A stretch of DNA of 64,000 bases from the human T2T-CHM13v2.0 reference genome, Homo sapiens: assembly GCF_009914755.1 (NCBI RefSeq), contig NC_060929.1; one strand, written 5' to 3'. The position numbers were made by a program, and so were the translations under genes. Under the pieces are notes generated by a model that saw nothing but the letters and a program-made list of their open reading frames with translations, ran no database searches and was not told the origin of the DNA. The number at the start of each line of letters is the position of its first letter. Within the stretch, counting starts at the first letter, position 1. This document shows, one piece after another, positions 40,788 to 54,521 of this stretch.

Positions 40788-43249
40788 TCAGGATTTTTTG
40801 GTATAGTTTTATAATGATGATGGGATGAGTGAAGGTGACAGGGAACAAAGAAAGAGGGAAAAGAGGAGAGGGCTGCCAATTATGGAAATTCTATCTGGTA
40901 GAACATTTTGTTCAATTAATAGACATATTAACTTTCCAGTAAGTGCAAAACATATAATAGGTGATATGGAGGGATACAAAGATAAATATGACCTGGCCCT
41001 GCATTCCAGGAAAGCATGCCCTCTAATGATTTTCTTACTTGAAAAGGTCCAGTGCAGCCAGGCCGTAGCCACAGATCTTCCTGGAAGTGTTAGCAATTGA
41101 AATAAATTATGCTCATGGAGACCCAAAAGAATGGCTTACCTTACATGGTTCAGCTAATAGTATTTTTATTATTCCTTAGAATTCCTTCTCTTGGGGACTT
41201 TTTTAAAAAACTCAAAAATGTATTTGCTTTATCCTGTGATTTGCTCTGTGTGGCTCTATATTTTCTAAGTATATTAACATCACTAAATGAGGTTAAAAGT
41301 AGGATTCCAATGTTAGCAGTGAGGGAGTAGAGCTTGTCTCAAATAGCTGATGCTTTTTGCAAAAGCGAAATAAAACTTCCTCTTTTCTCTTTATTCAAGG
41401 AGAAGACAGTTTTACCAATAAATCCAGTTAGATCCTGTCTATTGCAAAGAATAGATTTGTAGACTAATAGAATTTTAGAGCTGTAAAATTAGGGATAAGC
41501 TAGACAGCTAAATCGGTAGACACTTAGTATATATCTTCCTTCTAGTCATTGAATAATAGGACTCTTGAATTCATTTCTGATGATTTATTGGAATTTGGGT
41601 AAATGAAAGTAGGGTTGAAATGATCTAGTTGCAAGTCTTTTGACATTTTGGATCCATAGTAGTATTAAGCCAAAAAGTCTGTTTTCAGACCTTTTGGTAG
41701 CCACATAAAAGTAATAATTTTGACTACTGACATATTTAAACTGTGACGTTCTAAGAGAGATTAATGATATGGATACAATTATAGATATAATGAAAGCAAT
41801 TGTCAATGGATTGTGTAGGGATTTTTCCAATCACATTAATTATATTACCAAATAATTAAAACATCGTTGAGGCAAGCTTTCTAGGAGTGATTTCCAGATG
41901 TGAGTGAGCTAATCTTTATCATTAGATTAAAGATAATTCAATGTTTTAATGTAACTGGAACAAAAAACATGTGCTTCAGTAGAACCTTCAAGAATCCAGT
42001 GTTATTTGCCTGACTTTATTTTACCCACAAATTGTTTGAAAGGATAGACTGTGAATTCTTTATCATCTATAATATATTACAGCTTTCTGGAAGGTCTATG
42101 TGAGAAACACTTTTTAAAGCTTGCTAGGATAAAGTGATGGTCATAACATCTTTACCACAAAGAACATCTGTTTACCAGCTCTTCTTTTTTTGACCGGTTG
42201 TAGGAGTGCTTTAGGGAGTGATTTCTTTCCTTTTTTTTTTTTTTTTCTTCTCTTGACAGGCCTCTGTGCTTGAGGCCAGACTGCAAAGATAACAATAGTG
42301 TGTGAGTGTTTTTCTATGTGTATTCATGTGGGCACATGTGTACAGCATGCTAAAATCATAAGCATAGCCATGTAACAATGGTTCTGTTTCATGATTTGAA
42401 AGTCATTGACACTTCCACCTATGAGTAGATACCCTCAATTGGAAAAAATATATATCCATATTGATCTTACTTTGTCTCCGTTCTAATTAAGTTTTCAATT
42501 TCTAGAAATTCTTTTCATTTTCAACTAAAATAATGCATGTGACATGACACCTTGGTATAATGGACACCTTATTCAAACAGTTCTGTTTGTATCTTATTTT
42601 TAGAAATTATAAAAAGAAGTATATTGTTTTTTCACCTAACATAGGACCATGAAGTTCTGCAAAAGAAGGCAAAGTTGAATTTGGGAAACATTCATTCTGA
42701 TTTTTCCCCTGATAACGATTTTCTTTTTAAAAAAAATAAGCTAAAAGTGTTTCCCTTTTTATTTCCCATTTTTTTGTTGGCCTTTGAATATCCAACAGTA
42801 CCAAGCATGTTATGAGCAAGCCAACGTATAGATAGTTTGTTGTTACATCTTAAGTCAGTAATGGTTTTTCTTAAAAATGATAGAAATGTTGACAAATACT
42901 GAATATATTTCAATTTTCCTCAAAGCATTGGGATTCCCCCATCCATTATTACAGATTTCAAAGGACATATGCCTTTCATTCCAATTTTCGTAACAATTGG
43001 GATACAACTTGAAAATGTTCAGTTCCCAAGTATTTTTTATATATTAGTTAAAGGAATGGGAAACCTAGAAATAAAGTTTATTCTTTTTTATTAAGATATC
43101 TTAACTCATTAAAGGAAAAAAGACATATAAAATAGCTTTCACTGTGTGGAATTATGGTATAGGCAATTTATATTGCTTATTACCTTCATGTTCTTGAATA
43201 GTGGGATGGTAAAAGGTCCCTGCCCTCATCGTCTGAGTCCCCACAGATC

Positions 43250-43950
43250 AGTTACAATGGAGTTGTCAGAAGAGGAACATATTCACTGATGAAATGACTA
43301 GTTATAAAAGTAGTCTTCTAAAACCCTATCAAGTTAATGTTTCTGTTCATCAGTTTGGGGCTGATTATAAGATGCTTATAACAATTTAATGCAGTAAAAA
43401 TGCTATGCATAGTGTACATACAACCCATATAACAAAGGAAATTGATTATAAGTATTCTTTAATGCCAAGAAATTGATGTTGAAAAATTGCCTGAGTCACA
43501 TATAAACCCATTGACAAATGAGAAGCCAGCAGAATTGGACCAATGAACAATTGAAAATTAGAGAACAAAAATGGATGAGGACATAAGATGTTTCACATAA
43601 GAACTATGTCAGAATCAAAAGATGAGAAAATATCTGGAAAATTGATGACGTTTTTGAGTATTTCTGCCATAACAGGTCTAGTTTAAGCTGCACTGTTGTA
43701 AAGTTTTGTACAAAAAAAATACGTCCTGAAAAATCAACAATTGATTTGGTCTTTAATCTAGTTCATAGCTTAAATTATAGTTTAAACTTTGTTCCTTGTG
43801 ATATAATTTTTAATGAAAGTCATTTAAGATAATATTCCAATGTGATCTTTGTCACTATTTCTGTGAAAAAGTAGATTGACCCTTTTCTGTTACCAATTAT
43901 TCTCTGATAATGAAAGCCTCTGGAATAAAGCCACCACTCTGAATTTTCTA
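43250..43950 (+). mobile_element. Fossil TcMar-Tigger/pogo-type transposon fragment (limits approximate)
   Basis: 43469-43546 translates EIDVEKLPESHINPLTNEKPAELDQ*, resembling the recalled C-terminal DVxELLxSH.xxLTxEDLxEL motif of Tigger transposases; stop-interrupted. Confidence 0.5.
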
Positions 43951-44044
43951 TCACAATTAATTAGGAATAGAATATGCCTCAGTTGATTCCTTCGTTTAAA
44001 CCACAAATTATTTATTTGCGTCTTTTCAGAATATTTTTGGAACG

Positions 44045-44225
44045 CGATGATCCTCAACTCTGGTTACACATTAAAATTGCCTGAGGAGTGTTTTTAAATA
44101 CAGATGCCCAGTTCCCACCCCAGAAAAATTAAATCAAAATCCCAGGGCTGTAGAGAGGTAGGAGGTAGAGCTTGATATGAACTGTTGTTTAAAGCTTCCC
44201 AGGAGATTCTAATGACTACCACTGA
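44045..44225. mobile_element. MER5-like (hAT-Charlie)
   Basis: CACATTAAAATTGCCTGAGGAG...AAATACAGATGCCCAG...AAGCTTCCCAGGAGATTCTAATG. Confidence 0.65.
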
Positions 44226-46088
44226 TAATACCTCTAAAGGGTATTACAACTTCCAGCAAGCTTTCCAACTAACGAAATGAATATAGATATGATTTGCTTC
44301 CTACCCACACTGTTTTAATACATAGAAACTTTCAAGGATTTCCCTTATATAAATCAACTTTTAAAATGACAGAAAATTAGATTTTTATTAAGAAGAAAGA
44401 GAAAATTCTTAAGATAACTAATTTCTATACTCCACACTAGGTATTTCTTCCATTTGCTTTTTCTGCTATTTCCTGTCTTTGGAGTAATTATCATAGTGTT
44501 TGTGTTTCTGAGAGGTTGAAGATCTGGCAGGCAGAACCTCAGCAAAGTCAAAAGACCTCATGCTTTCTGATCCCTCTGCTGTTTCATCCCATTGTGCATC
44601 CTACTCTAGCCACACAAATATAGTCTTTATTTCCTATGCTGTGGTGCTTCATCGGGCCATGATGTTTTGATGGGGCTCTTCTCTGCCTGTGGCAGAGACT
44701 ACTTATCTCTATCACAGTCTCTCCTGGCAAGTCTGAAGACCACCTCTGGACTTCCACAGCCCTTTGCTCCCCCATCAGCCAAATATCCTTTGTAAAGAGC
44801 AGCTGTGTTGTATTCTTCCCTATTATGATTTGTTCATATTAGATAGACACCCAGCAAGTTCTTATGAAGTTAGGGAATAATGGAAAAGGACATAATGGTG
44901 GGAAGAATCTCAAAGTTTCATTTAACTGTAATAAAAGTTTATACAAATTTATTTCAAGAATTGCATTTTCTTGGTCTTGTCCCATTTCTACATTTGGAAT
45001 ACGTTAAGCATGGTAATCGCTGAATTCGAGGGTCCATCCCAGCTAAAAAGATTTGTAAATACATAAATACGTTGCTGATCTTTATATTCAGAGGAAAGAA
45101 GCATCAGAGGTGATTAAGTACCATCCAAATATAAGAAGATAATTTATTCTATCTTAATTCAGTTTCCCAGAATTTGATTCCAGTAATGGACTATTTTAAG
45201 ATGACATAATTTTTTAGTATTATTATTTTATTTCAGTATACAATAGTATATTTTAGTGTATACTAAATAGATATTATAGTTCAGATTTGTGCATTCTTTT
45301 TGTACACAAAACCCTTACAAAGGGTTTACAAGGAGTAAGGATTTTTTGTTTGTTTTTTTTTTTTAATCAATGTTGATTACTGGGGAAGTCTTATAAATTG
45401 TTTTCCTGTTTTTTAGCTCAGACTCTGACTCACAACTCATTACTGACCAACCTTACTTCCAAGCGTTTTGATGCAACAATCATCTTATTTTTCTTTTTTG
45501 TGCTTATATGGGCATGAAGCCTGGAGGTCACAGAACGTGTGTGGTAGGATCATGAGACAGGTCTCAAAACTGCCTGCAGGCTGCTTTGCAGCAAGCCTGA
45601 CCAAAAGTTGGGCCTCAAATGGGAAGATGGAATGAAAGAAAGGTACAGAGAGATCAGAGTGTTCATGATGAAGTGAGAATAGACAGGAGTGATACTACGA
45701 GATTTCTTTGGAAGGAGGCTTAGCAGAAGCCGGAACACCAAAGACCATATAAGGGCTAAGACATTCAGTGCATTCTTGCTGATAGTGTTGAGTGCTCTTG
45801 ACTTTCCTTAATCCTAAAGATCATTGTTAGAAATATTAAATATGTGTCTAGCACATCAATTACTATGACCCAGATCTCATATTACTCTGCTATGCCTCCA
45901 ACATTTTTCTATTGATTCAGCATATTTAGTTTATGTTCTCTCAAATATAAAAGTGTTACCCTTTTTCATGCTTTTTCTACCTTGTCTAAATTCTGCTTTG
46001 TGATATCTTCTCGTTTTATTTTACATCTTCTTTCCCTCATTAATAGATGTGCTTATTTGATTGCAGAAGAAAATTTAAAATGTGAACT

Positions 46089-46453
<365 letters not shown>

Positions 46454-47562
46454 TCACTGAGCAGCTTTTTTTGTTTTGCATTTAATGTCATTAGGACCCA
46501 GACAAGCCTGAACAAAGACAGTGGTCAGCAGCATGCAACATCTTCTGTCTGTGTTTGGACCCAGCTGTAACTTGGATGTTTGTGCTGACCTCATCGGGGA
46601 AGGCTGGCTGCTTAGCAAATTTAGCCAACTCTAACCCAAACCAAATGAGTTTGTATACAGTATTTCAGCTGTATGTCAGGAGACCAGATGATGGCTTTGC
46701 TTAGGAGGAGGGGTTTGTCAGTGATGATGACCTCTTGTTTTCCAAAAAAGCAGGATGATCTGATCTCACCCACTGATACCCTCTAGGAGGCAGGCCACAT
46801 CTGGTTCATCTAATTACTCTGTTTAAAGCAACAAGGCTTATGAATGATCAGCAAAGAGCAATTTTCAAAATCTTGGATGCTCAGTGTTTGTTAATTATGT
46901 TATCACAAATGTATTAAATTGGTAAATCAGGTATTTTTAGTGAAAGTTACTTATCTTTTTGTTTCTGCTCCCCTTATCAGATGTCACCCAGACACTCCCG
47001 GAAAAACGAGTTCTTGTGTTATCAGTTCTACATTGTCATCAAAAAAGATGACACCACTGCTTGCCTAAAAGTCTCAAAGGTCATTTGTTACAAAGTTTCC
47101 CGTGATTTTTAAAAGAATATGTTTTTATTAAGCCTTCTTTTTAGAAATGTCCATAGGTTTGACAGCTTTTCTTATATTATTAGAGTTTCTATTGGGCTCT
47201 CATTAATAGGGTTAAAATTCACTCCTTTGGCTAAGTTATCTTCTCTGATTTACTGAGTTTTCTACTTCTTTTACTGAAGTACAAATGTGCTTAGTATGAA
47301 CCTTTTGAAAAGAATCAGCCTCCTTAATCCTCTGTTACAAGCCAAGAAAAAGACTCATCAATTGTGGGCAAATGATGCAATATCAGAAGACAACTTTATG
47401 TTCCTTGTCTTAGTCCATTCATTCAACAAATGTCTATTTTTTGTTATCTCCATGCAAATGAGTTACAGGCTACTTGAAATCATCTTGTTTTACAGTAAAT
47501 TTTTGGTTGTCCATAGTCAATATGACATGGCTCTAACCAAACAATTCATTTCAACCATGGAT

Positions 47563-47712
47563 GGCCAGGTGGGGTGGCTCACACCTGTGATCCAGCAATT
47601 TAGGAAGCTGAGGCAGGAGGATTGCTTGAGGGCGGGAATTCAAGACCAGCCTAGGCAGCACAGTGAGACCCTCATCTCTACAAGAAACTTGAATAAAAAA
47701 GAGAAGAAGCGA
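47563..47712 (+). mobile_element. Free left Alu monomer (FLAM-like)
   Basis: Single left arm plus A-rich tail; TSD-like AACCATGGA/AAGCATGGA. Confidence 0.8.
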
Positions 47713-47984
47713 GAAGCATGGACTCTGGTGAACTTTACCTAGAACAGTCCTGGAATCATCACCAGCTTTCAGTTATTCATTGCCAGTGGATACAGAACCC
47801 TTCTACCTGGGAAATCCTTTGATACACGTACATACAAAGATGACATTGCGTAGGCTCTACCTGCTTGTGGTTCTGCCTAGTACCTGACCAATTACATTGT
47901 CTTGGGTACTTTCAAAAGTACTTTTTCTTATTGGTTGAGTTAGTACTTGGCATCAGCAGAATTTTAGAGCCAGAAGGAATTAAA

Positions 47985-48270
47985 AATTACAACAGTGTGG
48001 ATAAGTCTTCCAAATATTATGTTGAGCAAAAAAAGGAGGTGGGCAGCACAAGTGTACATACCATGTGATTCCATTTCTATAAAACCCACAAGGCAAACCA
48101 ATCTATTGTGTTGGGATTCAGCATAGTGATTACCTACATTGGGTAGGAGGACAGTGACTGAAATGGGGCAGAAGGGAGATGGCTTTAATTTGTGAAAAAT
48201 TCATCGTTATATAATTATGATTTATATATTTTTCAGAAAAAGCTTCATAATAAAAGTTATGACATAATTA
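47985..48270 (+). mobile_element. Old L1 (L1MC/ME-like) 3' UTR fragment
   Basis: ATATTATGTTGAGCAAAAAA...TGATTCCATTTCTATAAAA...GTGAAAAATTCATC pattern. Confidence 0.6.
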
Positions 48271-48313
48271 AGCAAAAAAAAAAAAAAAAGACAACTGCTG
48301 TAGTTAAAGCAGG

Positions 48314-48676
48314 TGATATGGTTTGGCTGTGCCCCCACCCAAATCTCATCTTGAATTGGAGCTCCCACAATTCCCACATGTCATGGGAGGGACCCAGTGG
48401 GAGGTAATTGAATCATGGGGGCGGGTCTTTCTTGTGCTATTCTCATGATAGTGAATAAGTCTCACAAGATCTGATGATTTTAAAAAGAGGATTTCCCCTG
48501 CACAAGCTCTCTCTCTTTGCTTCCCGCCATCCATGAAAGACATGACTTGCTCCTCCTTGCCTTCTGCCATAATTGTGAGGCCTCCCTAGCCAAGTGGAAC
48601 TGTAAGTCCATTAAACCTCTTTTTCTTCCCAGTCTCGGGTATGTCTTTATCAGCAGCGTGAAAATGGACTAATACG
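48314..48676 (+). mobile_element. THE1A/B solo LTR (ERVL-MaLR)
   Basis: TGATATGGTTTGGCTGTGCCCCCACCCAAATCTCATCTTGAATT...CAGCGTGAAAATGGACTAATACG; perfect 5-bp TSD GCAGG (48309-13, 48677-81). Confidence 0.94.
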
Positions 48677-50385
48677 GCAGGGATTGCAGAAAGGGCCCAA
48701 GATGAGAATGGGGTAGGGGTGAGCCAGTATGAAAACCACAGGTTTAACCAAATCACCACGTTAGGGCTGAAGAAAGGCGAGCTCCTCCAGAGACGATGAA
48801 TTGCCCCAAATTATACAGCTACTTGTTGATAACATTTATTAACTTACTTAATACATGTATATTGAGCATGTGCCACATCTCAGACATGGAGCAGATGCCA
48901 GAATATAGTTGGAAACCAGACTGACCCAGCCAGACTCTAACCTCACAGTTTAGAATTCAAGTCTTCCAGCTGACACATTTACGTGACCTGTCTGGACTCA
49001 GTAGACATTTGAGTTTACACTTCCTTGATTCACATTAATCTTCCTATTTCAGAATACCAGATACTTCATTTTGTTAAGGCACAGACTGGACTTGCCTTCC
49101 TACTTCTACTTGTTGCATGTTTCATTGTATTCAAGGAAAAATATTTTGAGAATTGAGTGTAGACTAATATTCTTTATGAGAGACTGGTCTTCCAGAGAGG
49201 CTGTGATGAAAGCAGAGAGATTTCTTGCGAGTGCTCCTCTGGGCTTGCAGGCTAGAGTGCCCAATATTTCTGTGCGGGTAGACTCATTCACATCACTGGG
49301 CTCCCAGGCTTGTCATTTGATCAGGCTCTCATCTGCATGTCAATGAGGCTTAGAGCCCATGGAAAGAATTAACTGGCCTGGGATGTTTATGCAACTTTTC
49401 AGCAAAGGCAATTTAAAGGAAAGTTGCCCTGACTGAAATGATTGTCTTGGAGCAGATATATAGTGAAGTAATCATGTTAATATTATGTGACTCGGGTTAT
49501 ATGATATTTTCAATGATCAGCCTAGTAGGAGTTTAAACATGAGCAAAAACACAAACTAATCAAAAGCAGTAAATGAAACATCCCTTTTAAAGTAGATCAA
49601 CTGGACTTTTATTCATTTTTATACTTTTTATTCATATTAAAGCATAGTACAAATTCAGATTTCCTTTGGAGTATATGAGCCATATTTTGTATTGCATTTC
49701 AAAACCAACAATATTAATTTCCAGTTGTATTTCTTTTCCTTTAGGACTAATTAAAGAAAATATGTTTGTTTTTCTAGGCATCACTCCCAAATCTGCAAGT
49801 GCCAGGATATAAAGTCTGGTTTTATGTTCCAAAAGAATGTTTAGGTTTTGAGATCATATAATCTTTAGTATAAAAAACTTTGTGTGTGAGAGGGTGCATG
49901 TGTTCTTTGTTCAAGAGTTTAGCCTCCTACTGTAAACATTTCTAGAGAGGTAAGCAAATTTCATGCAAAGACTTTCCTATTGCATGTCCACAGGTCATAT
50001 AAACAAACACATAACAAATTCAACTTAGGTATAAAACAATGTTTCAGAGGATATAAATTAATGGTTAAGATCTCTTGAAGTTTGCATATTCTCTTTTGTT
50101 TGTTTTAATGTCCTTCATATATAGGATGACTTCCCCAAAATATCTCATGAGAGTTTTTTTCAAGTTCTTTCAAACTAAAATATGGTAATATAAGATCATG
50201 ATTTCCCTTCTCAGTAAAGCTGAAGCAATCCTATGCCAATGTTGGTACATAATGAACCCCCATCTTATAAGGTAATTAGGTGATAAACCCCGGGTGTGAG
50301 GCAAAAATTGTGTCTAGTCAGAAGGACCTTAGAAACCTATAAAATTGCCCATAAAATCCACCTTCCCATAAACTCAACATGCCAG

Positions 50386-50419
50386 TGTTTCCTCTCGTTG
50401 TCTTTGAACATCAGATGAG
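50386..50419 (+). other. Candidate small non-coding (5'-UTR) exon
   Basis: Strong donor GAG|GTAAGG at 50419/50420; nearest upstream CAG ends at 50385 (weak pyrimidine tract), so the 5' boundary is uncertain. Confidence 0.3.
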
Positions 50420-50927
50420 GTAAGGCCATATTGTAGGAAAAAGTATGTTTCTTTAACACCAGAAAAGTACCTCACATGGTAAGATCCTGATACCATGGAA
50501 TCTCCCCTCGCATGTTCATTGTCAGGCCTAGACTCACAGAGGGGAATGGAGTAGAATTTCCCACACTATGCCAGTTGTTTTCCTTTTTTCCTCCTTATCT
50601 CGTTACAGTTGAATTTAAGTTAAATGTGTACATGCAGTGACAACACTGTATCTGTGAAGCCCCTGTTGGGCTTTTCTGCACATAACACACCAACAGACAT
50701 GTCAAGAAATACGTTGTCAACTCCGAGGTTAAACACTTCAAAACAGCACTTATAGTGAGGGAATTGGGTGGTCTATACCCCAACTCTCCTGTTAGATACC
50801 ATTTGATTATGGTTCAGAATAACTTTTTCTGAAGGTATCATTTATGCATGTTTAAATATATGTAGATTTATTTAATAACTGACTGAGGTGAGGTTGACAA
50901 TAATATAATGTTGCAAGAGTTAGCCTT

Positions 50928-51250
<323 letters not shown>

Positions 51251-52014
51251 ATTAGCTTCCTTTTTAAAGGATCATTACTCAGTTTATATAAATTAAAATT
51301 TTTTTTGATGAGACTGAACTAATTGGTCACATTTTACTTAAAATTTTATTTATATACATTCACACATATACACACATGTACCTCCATGCTTCCTAACATA
51401 TTTATAAGAGCTTTCCTGGTTTGACTGCCTCTGGGAATTTGAGCACCTTCTTTCTCTTGGTTCCAGGGTCAGTCCCTCCCCAGTGCCTGCTGGCATTGTT
51501 GTTGTAATAAGCTCTACAACTAACCTTGGGCTTGTCCTCAATGCCTCCCTTTCCTTCCTCACATACACATATGTGCTTACCACATGTCATCTGTCACCAA
51601 AGCCTGTTGGCTCTACCCTCATCCTGAGTCTGCCCGCTAGTATTACTCTAAACAAGCCACTGAAGTACCAGGCCTGGACCGATGCACCACCCTCCTAACT
51701 GGCTGCTGTTTCTGCTCTTCTAGTTTGATCTCTACCTAGCTCCTGTCTGACCTTATTAAATCGAAGTTAGCTCAATACTCTTCTACTTGAAACCATTCAC
51801 TGGCTTCCCTGTGCATCACAGTAAATTCCAAACTCCTTTCCATGGGCCATAAAGCCCTGCATATTTGTATCTCTGACTGCCTCCTGATACTCTCGCAGTC
51901 TCCTGTCTGCTGGCCTTCCTGTCTTGTTTCTCTGCTAAGGTCACTCCCACCTTAATGCTTTTGCCCTTGCAGCATCCTCTACCTGTCATCTTCTTCCCCT
52001 ACATTTTTGCATGA

Positions 52015-52368
<354 letters not shown>

Positions 52369-52544
52369 AATGTTACCTTTTTAAAAAAGCCTTTCCTGAC
52401 CCACCGTATTTAAAAGGACCCACCCTTCTCCCATTCCTCCTGACAAGCCTTCTTTTTTTTTTTTTTTCTTTATTGTACCTTTCTCGTCCTGAAAGGATTT
52501 TTTGTACTTATTTACTTGTTCATGGTCTGATTAATCCAATGGAA

Positions 52545-52745
52545 CTGTGCTGTTCTGTAGAATAGCCACTAGCCACATGTGGCTAATTAAATTAAAATGA
52601 TGAAATAAAGACTAAAATTCAGTCCCTCGATTGTAGTAGCCACATTTCAAATGCTCAGTAGCCACATGTGGCTACTTGCTACCACATTGGACAGCACAGA
52701 TACAGAACATTTCCATAAGCCAGAAAGTTCTGCTGGACAATGCTG
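52545..52745. mobile_element. MER3 (hAT-Charlie)
   Basis: TAGCCACTAGCCACATGTGGCTA ... GTAGCCACATGTGGCTA ... CAGAAAGTTCTGCTGGACAATGCTG. Confidence 0.85.
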
Positions 52746-52992
52746 TATTAAAATATGAGTTCCCTGAGGGCAGACAGCCTGTTTGGTTCATTCACTGCTG
52801 AATGTCCAGAAGCTATGTCTGATCTGTGGTGCTCAGTAAATAAGAGTGGAATGAATGAATGAGTGAATGAATGAATAAGAGCCTTATATTTTTCAGGAAG
52901 AATTGCCCTCATCACTTTAATATTCATCTTTAAACCTTCCATACCCCTAAACAGAGTTAATTTTCAGGATCAAAGAAAGAAAAATTTGTTTC

Positions 52993-52994
<2 letters not shown>

Positions 52995-53056
<62 letters not shown>
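52995..53056. repeat. Compound microsatellite (TG)21(TA)10
   Basis: Directly visible; sits where the poly-A tail of the adjacent L1 would be. Confidence 0.95.
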
Positions 53057-53058
53057 AA

Positions 53059-53217
53059 ATACTTTAAGTTCTAGGGTACATGTGCACAACGTGCAGGTTT
53101 GTTACATATGTATACATGTGCCATGTTGGTGTGCTGCACCCATTAACTCGTCATTTATATTAGGTGTATCTCCTAATGCTATCCCTCCCCCCTCCCCCCA
53201 CCCCACAATAGGCCCTG
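53059..53217 (-). mobile_element. 5'-truncated young primate L1 (L1PA3/4-like) 3' end
   Basis: TACTTTAAGTTCTAGGGTACATGTGCACAACGTGCAGGTTTGTTACATATGTATACATGTGCCATGTTGG...CCCCCCACCCCAC. Confidence 0.92.
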
Positions 53218-54181
53218 TAAGGGGACACTTGGAATATTTAATCATTGTAATGGGATGCCTTCTAATGCCCTTGAGTTTGCCATTGTTCACCTTGTGTCCT
53301 TAGAGCCTCACTCTGGGGACTCCATCATTCAAATAAAATTCTTATCTGACTTCCGGGAGAAAGGCACATTTTTCCTGGTCTCCTTTTAGCATGATAAGCC
53401 CTTTTCCTTCCTCTGTATCCACTGTGTATGCACAAGATTTTTGCTAACACTCACTAAAGCTTACAGTTACCAAAGTTAGAAATATGGCATGCTTATGACT
53501 GTGGGTTGTTATTGGCGCTATTTTCCTGAGTTTACCTTGTGAAAAACCACAGTTTTTAAAAGTGTCTTGACAGTGTCTGAACTTGCAGCACCCTATATCA
53601 TACCGGATTGGCAAGGTCTGCTGCTGTGTAAGGATTGTAGCTGAGTGTTGATTAAAAGCAGCACCCTCTCGCTTGCTTCAGAGCTAATACCCTTATAAAT
53701 TGTTGCTATGAACTTTTGAACTCAGAGAAACTTCTGAATATATGTAATAAGAAGTAAAGTAATCCAGGGCTGAGAATTTGTGTCTTCCCTGAAACAAATC
53801 ACATAGATTAAAAAATAAGTTTGATTCTTAGCTTTTTAATGGTTTCTTAAATCTAATGTTTTAAATTATAATCTGGAGCCTTTAAATATACTTTATATAA
53901 GGTTTTCAAAGAACAATTCTTCATATACAATTGTTTACATAAGAAATTTCATAAAGTAGATTTGAAAATCACCTTCAAATAAGAATTCTGTCAGAAATAA
54001 TATGTCATTTTTATTTTAAGACAGATAAATCACTTAAGCCCAGAATAATATACTAAATCATGTTCTGAAGTGTAGATTCTAGAAATGTATTAGATTAAAA
54101 CAATGAAAATAATGTCATAGTATTTACATTTTTGAGTAAGTTTTATATCTGATGTCTTATTTTCCTGAGTAAAAACATGAG

Positions 54182-54521
<340 letters not shown>

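Noticed and set aside
52545-52745. Long inverted repeat suggesting a miRNA hairpin
   Set aside because: Explained by the internal palindromic structure of MER3.
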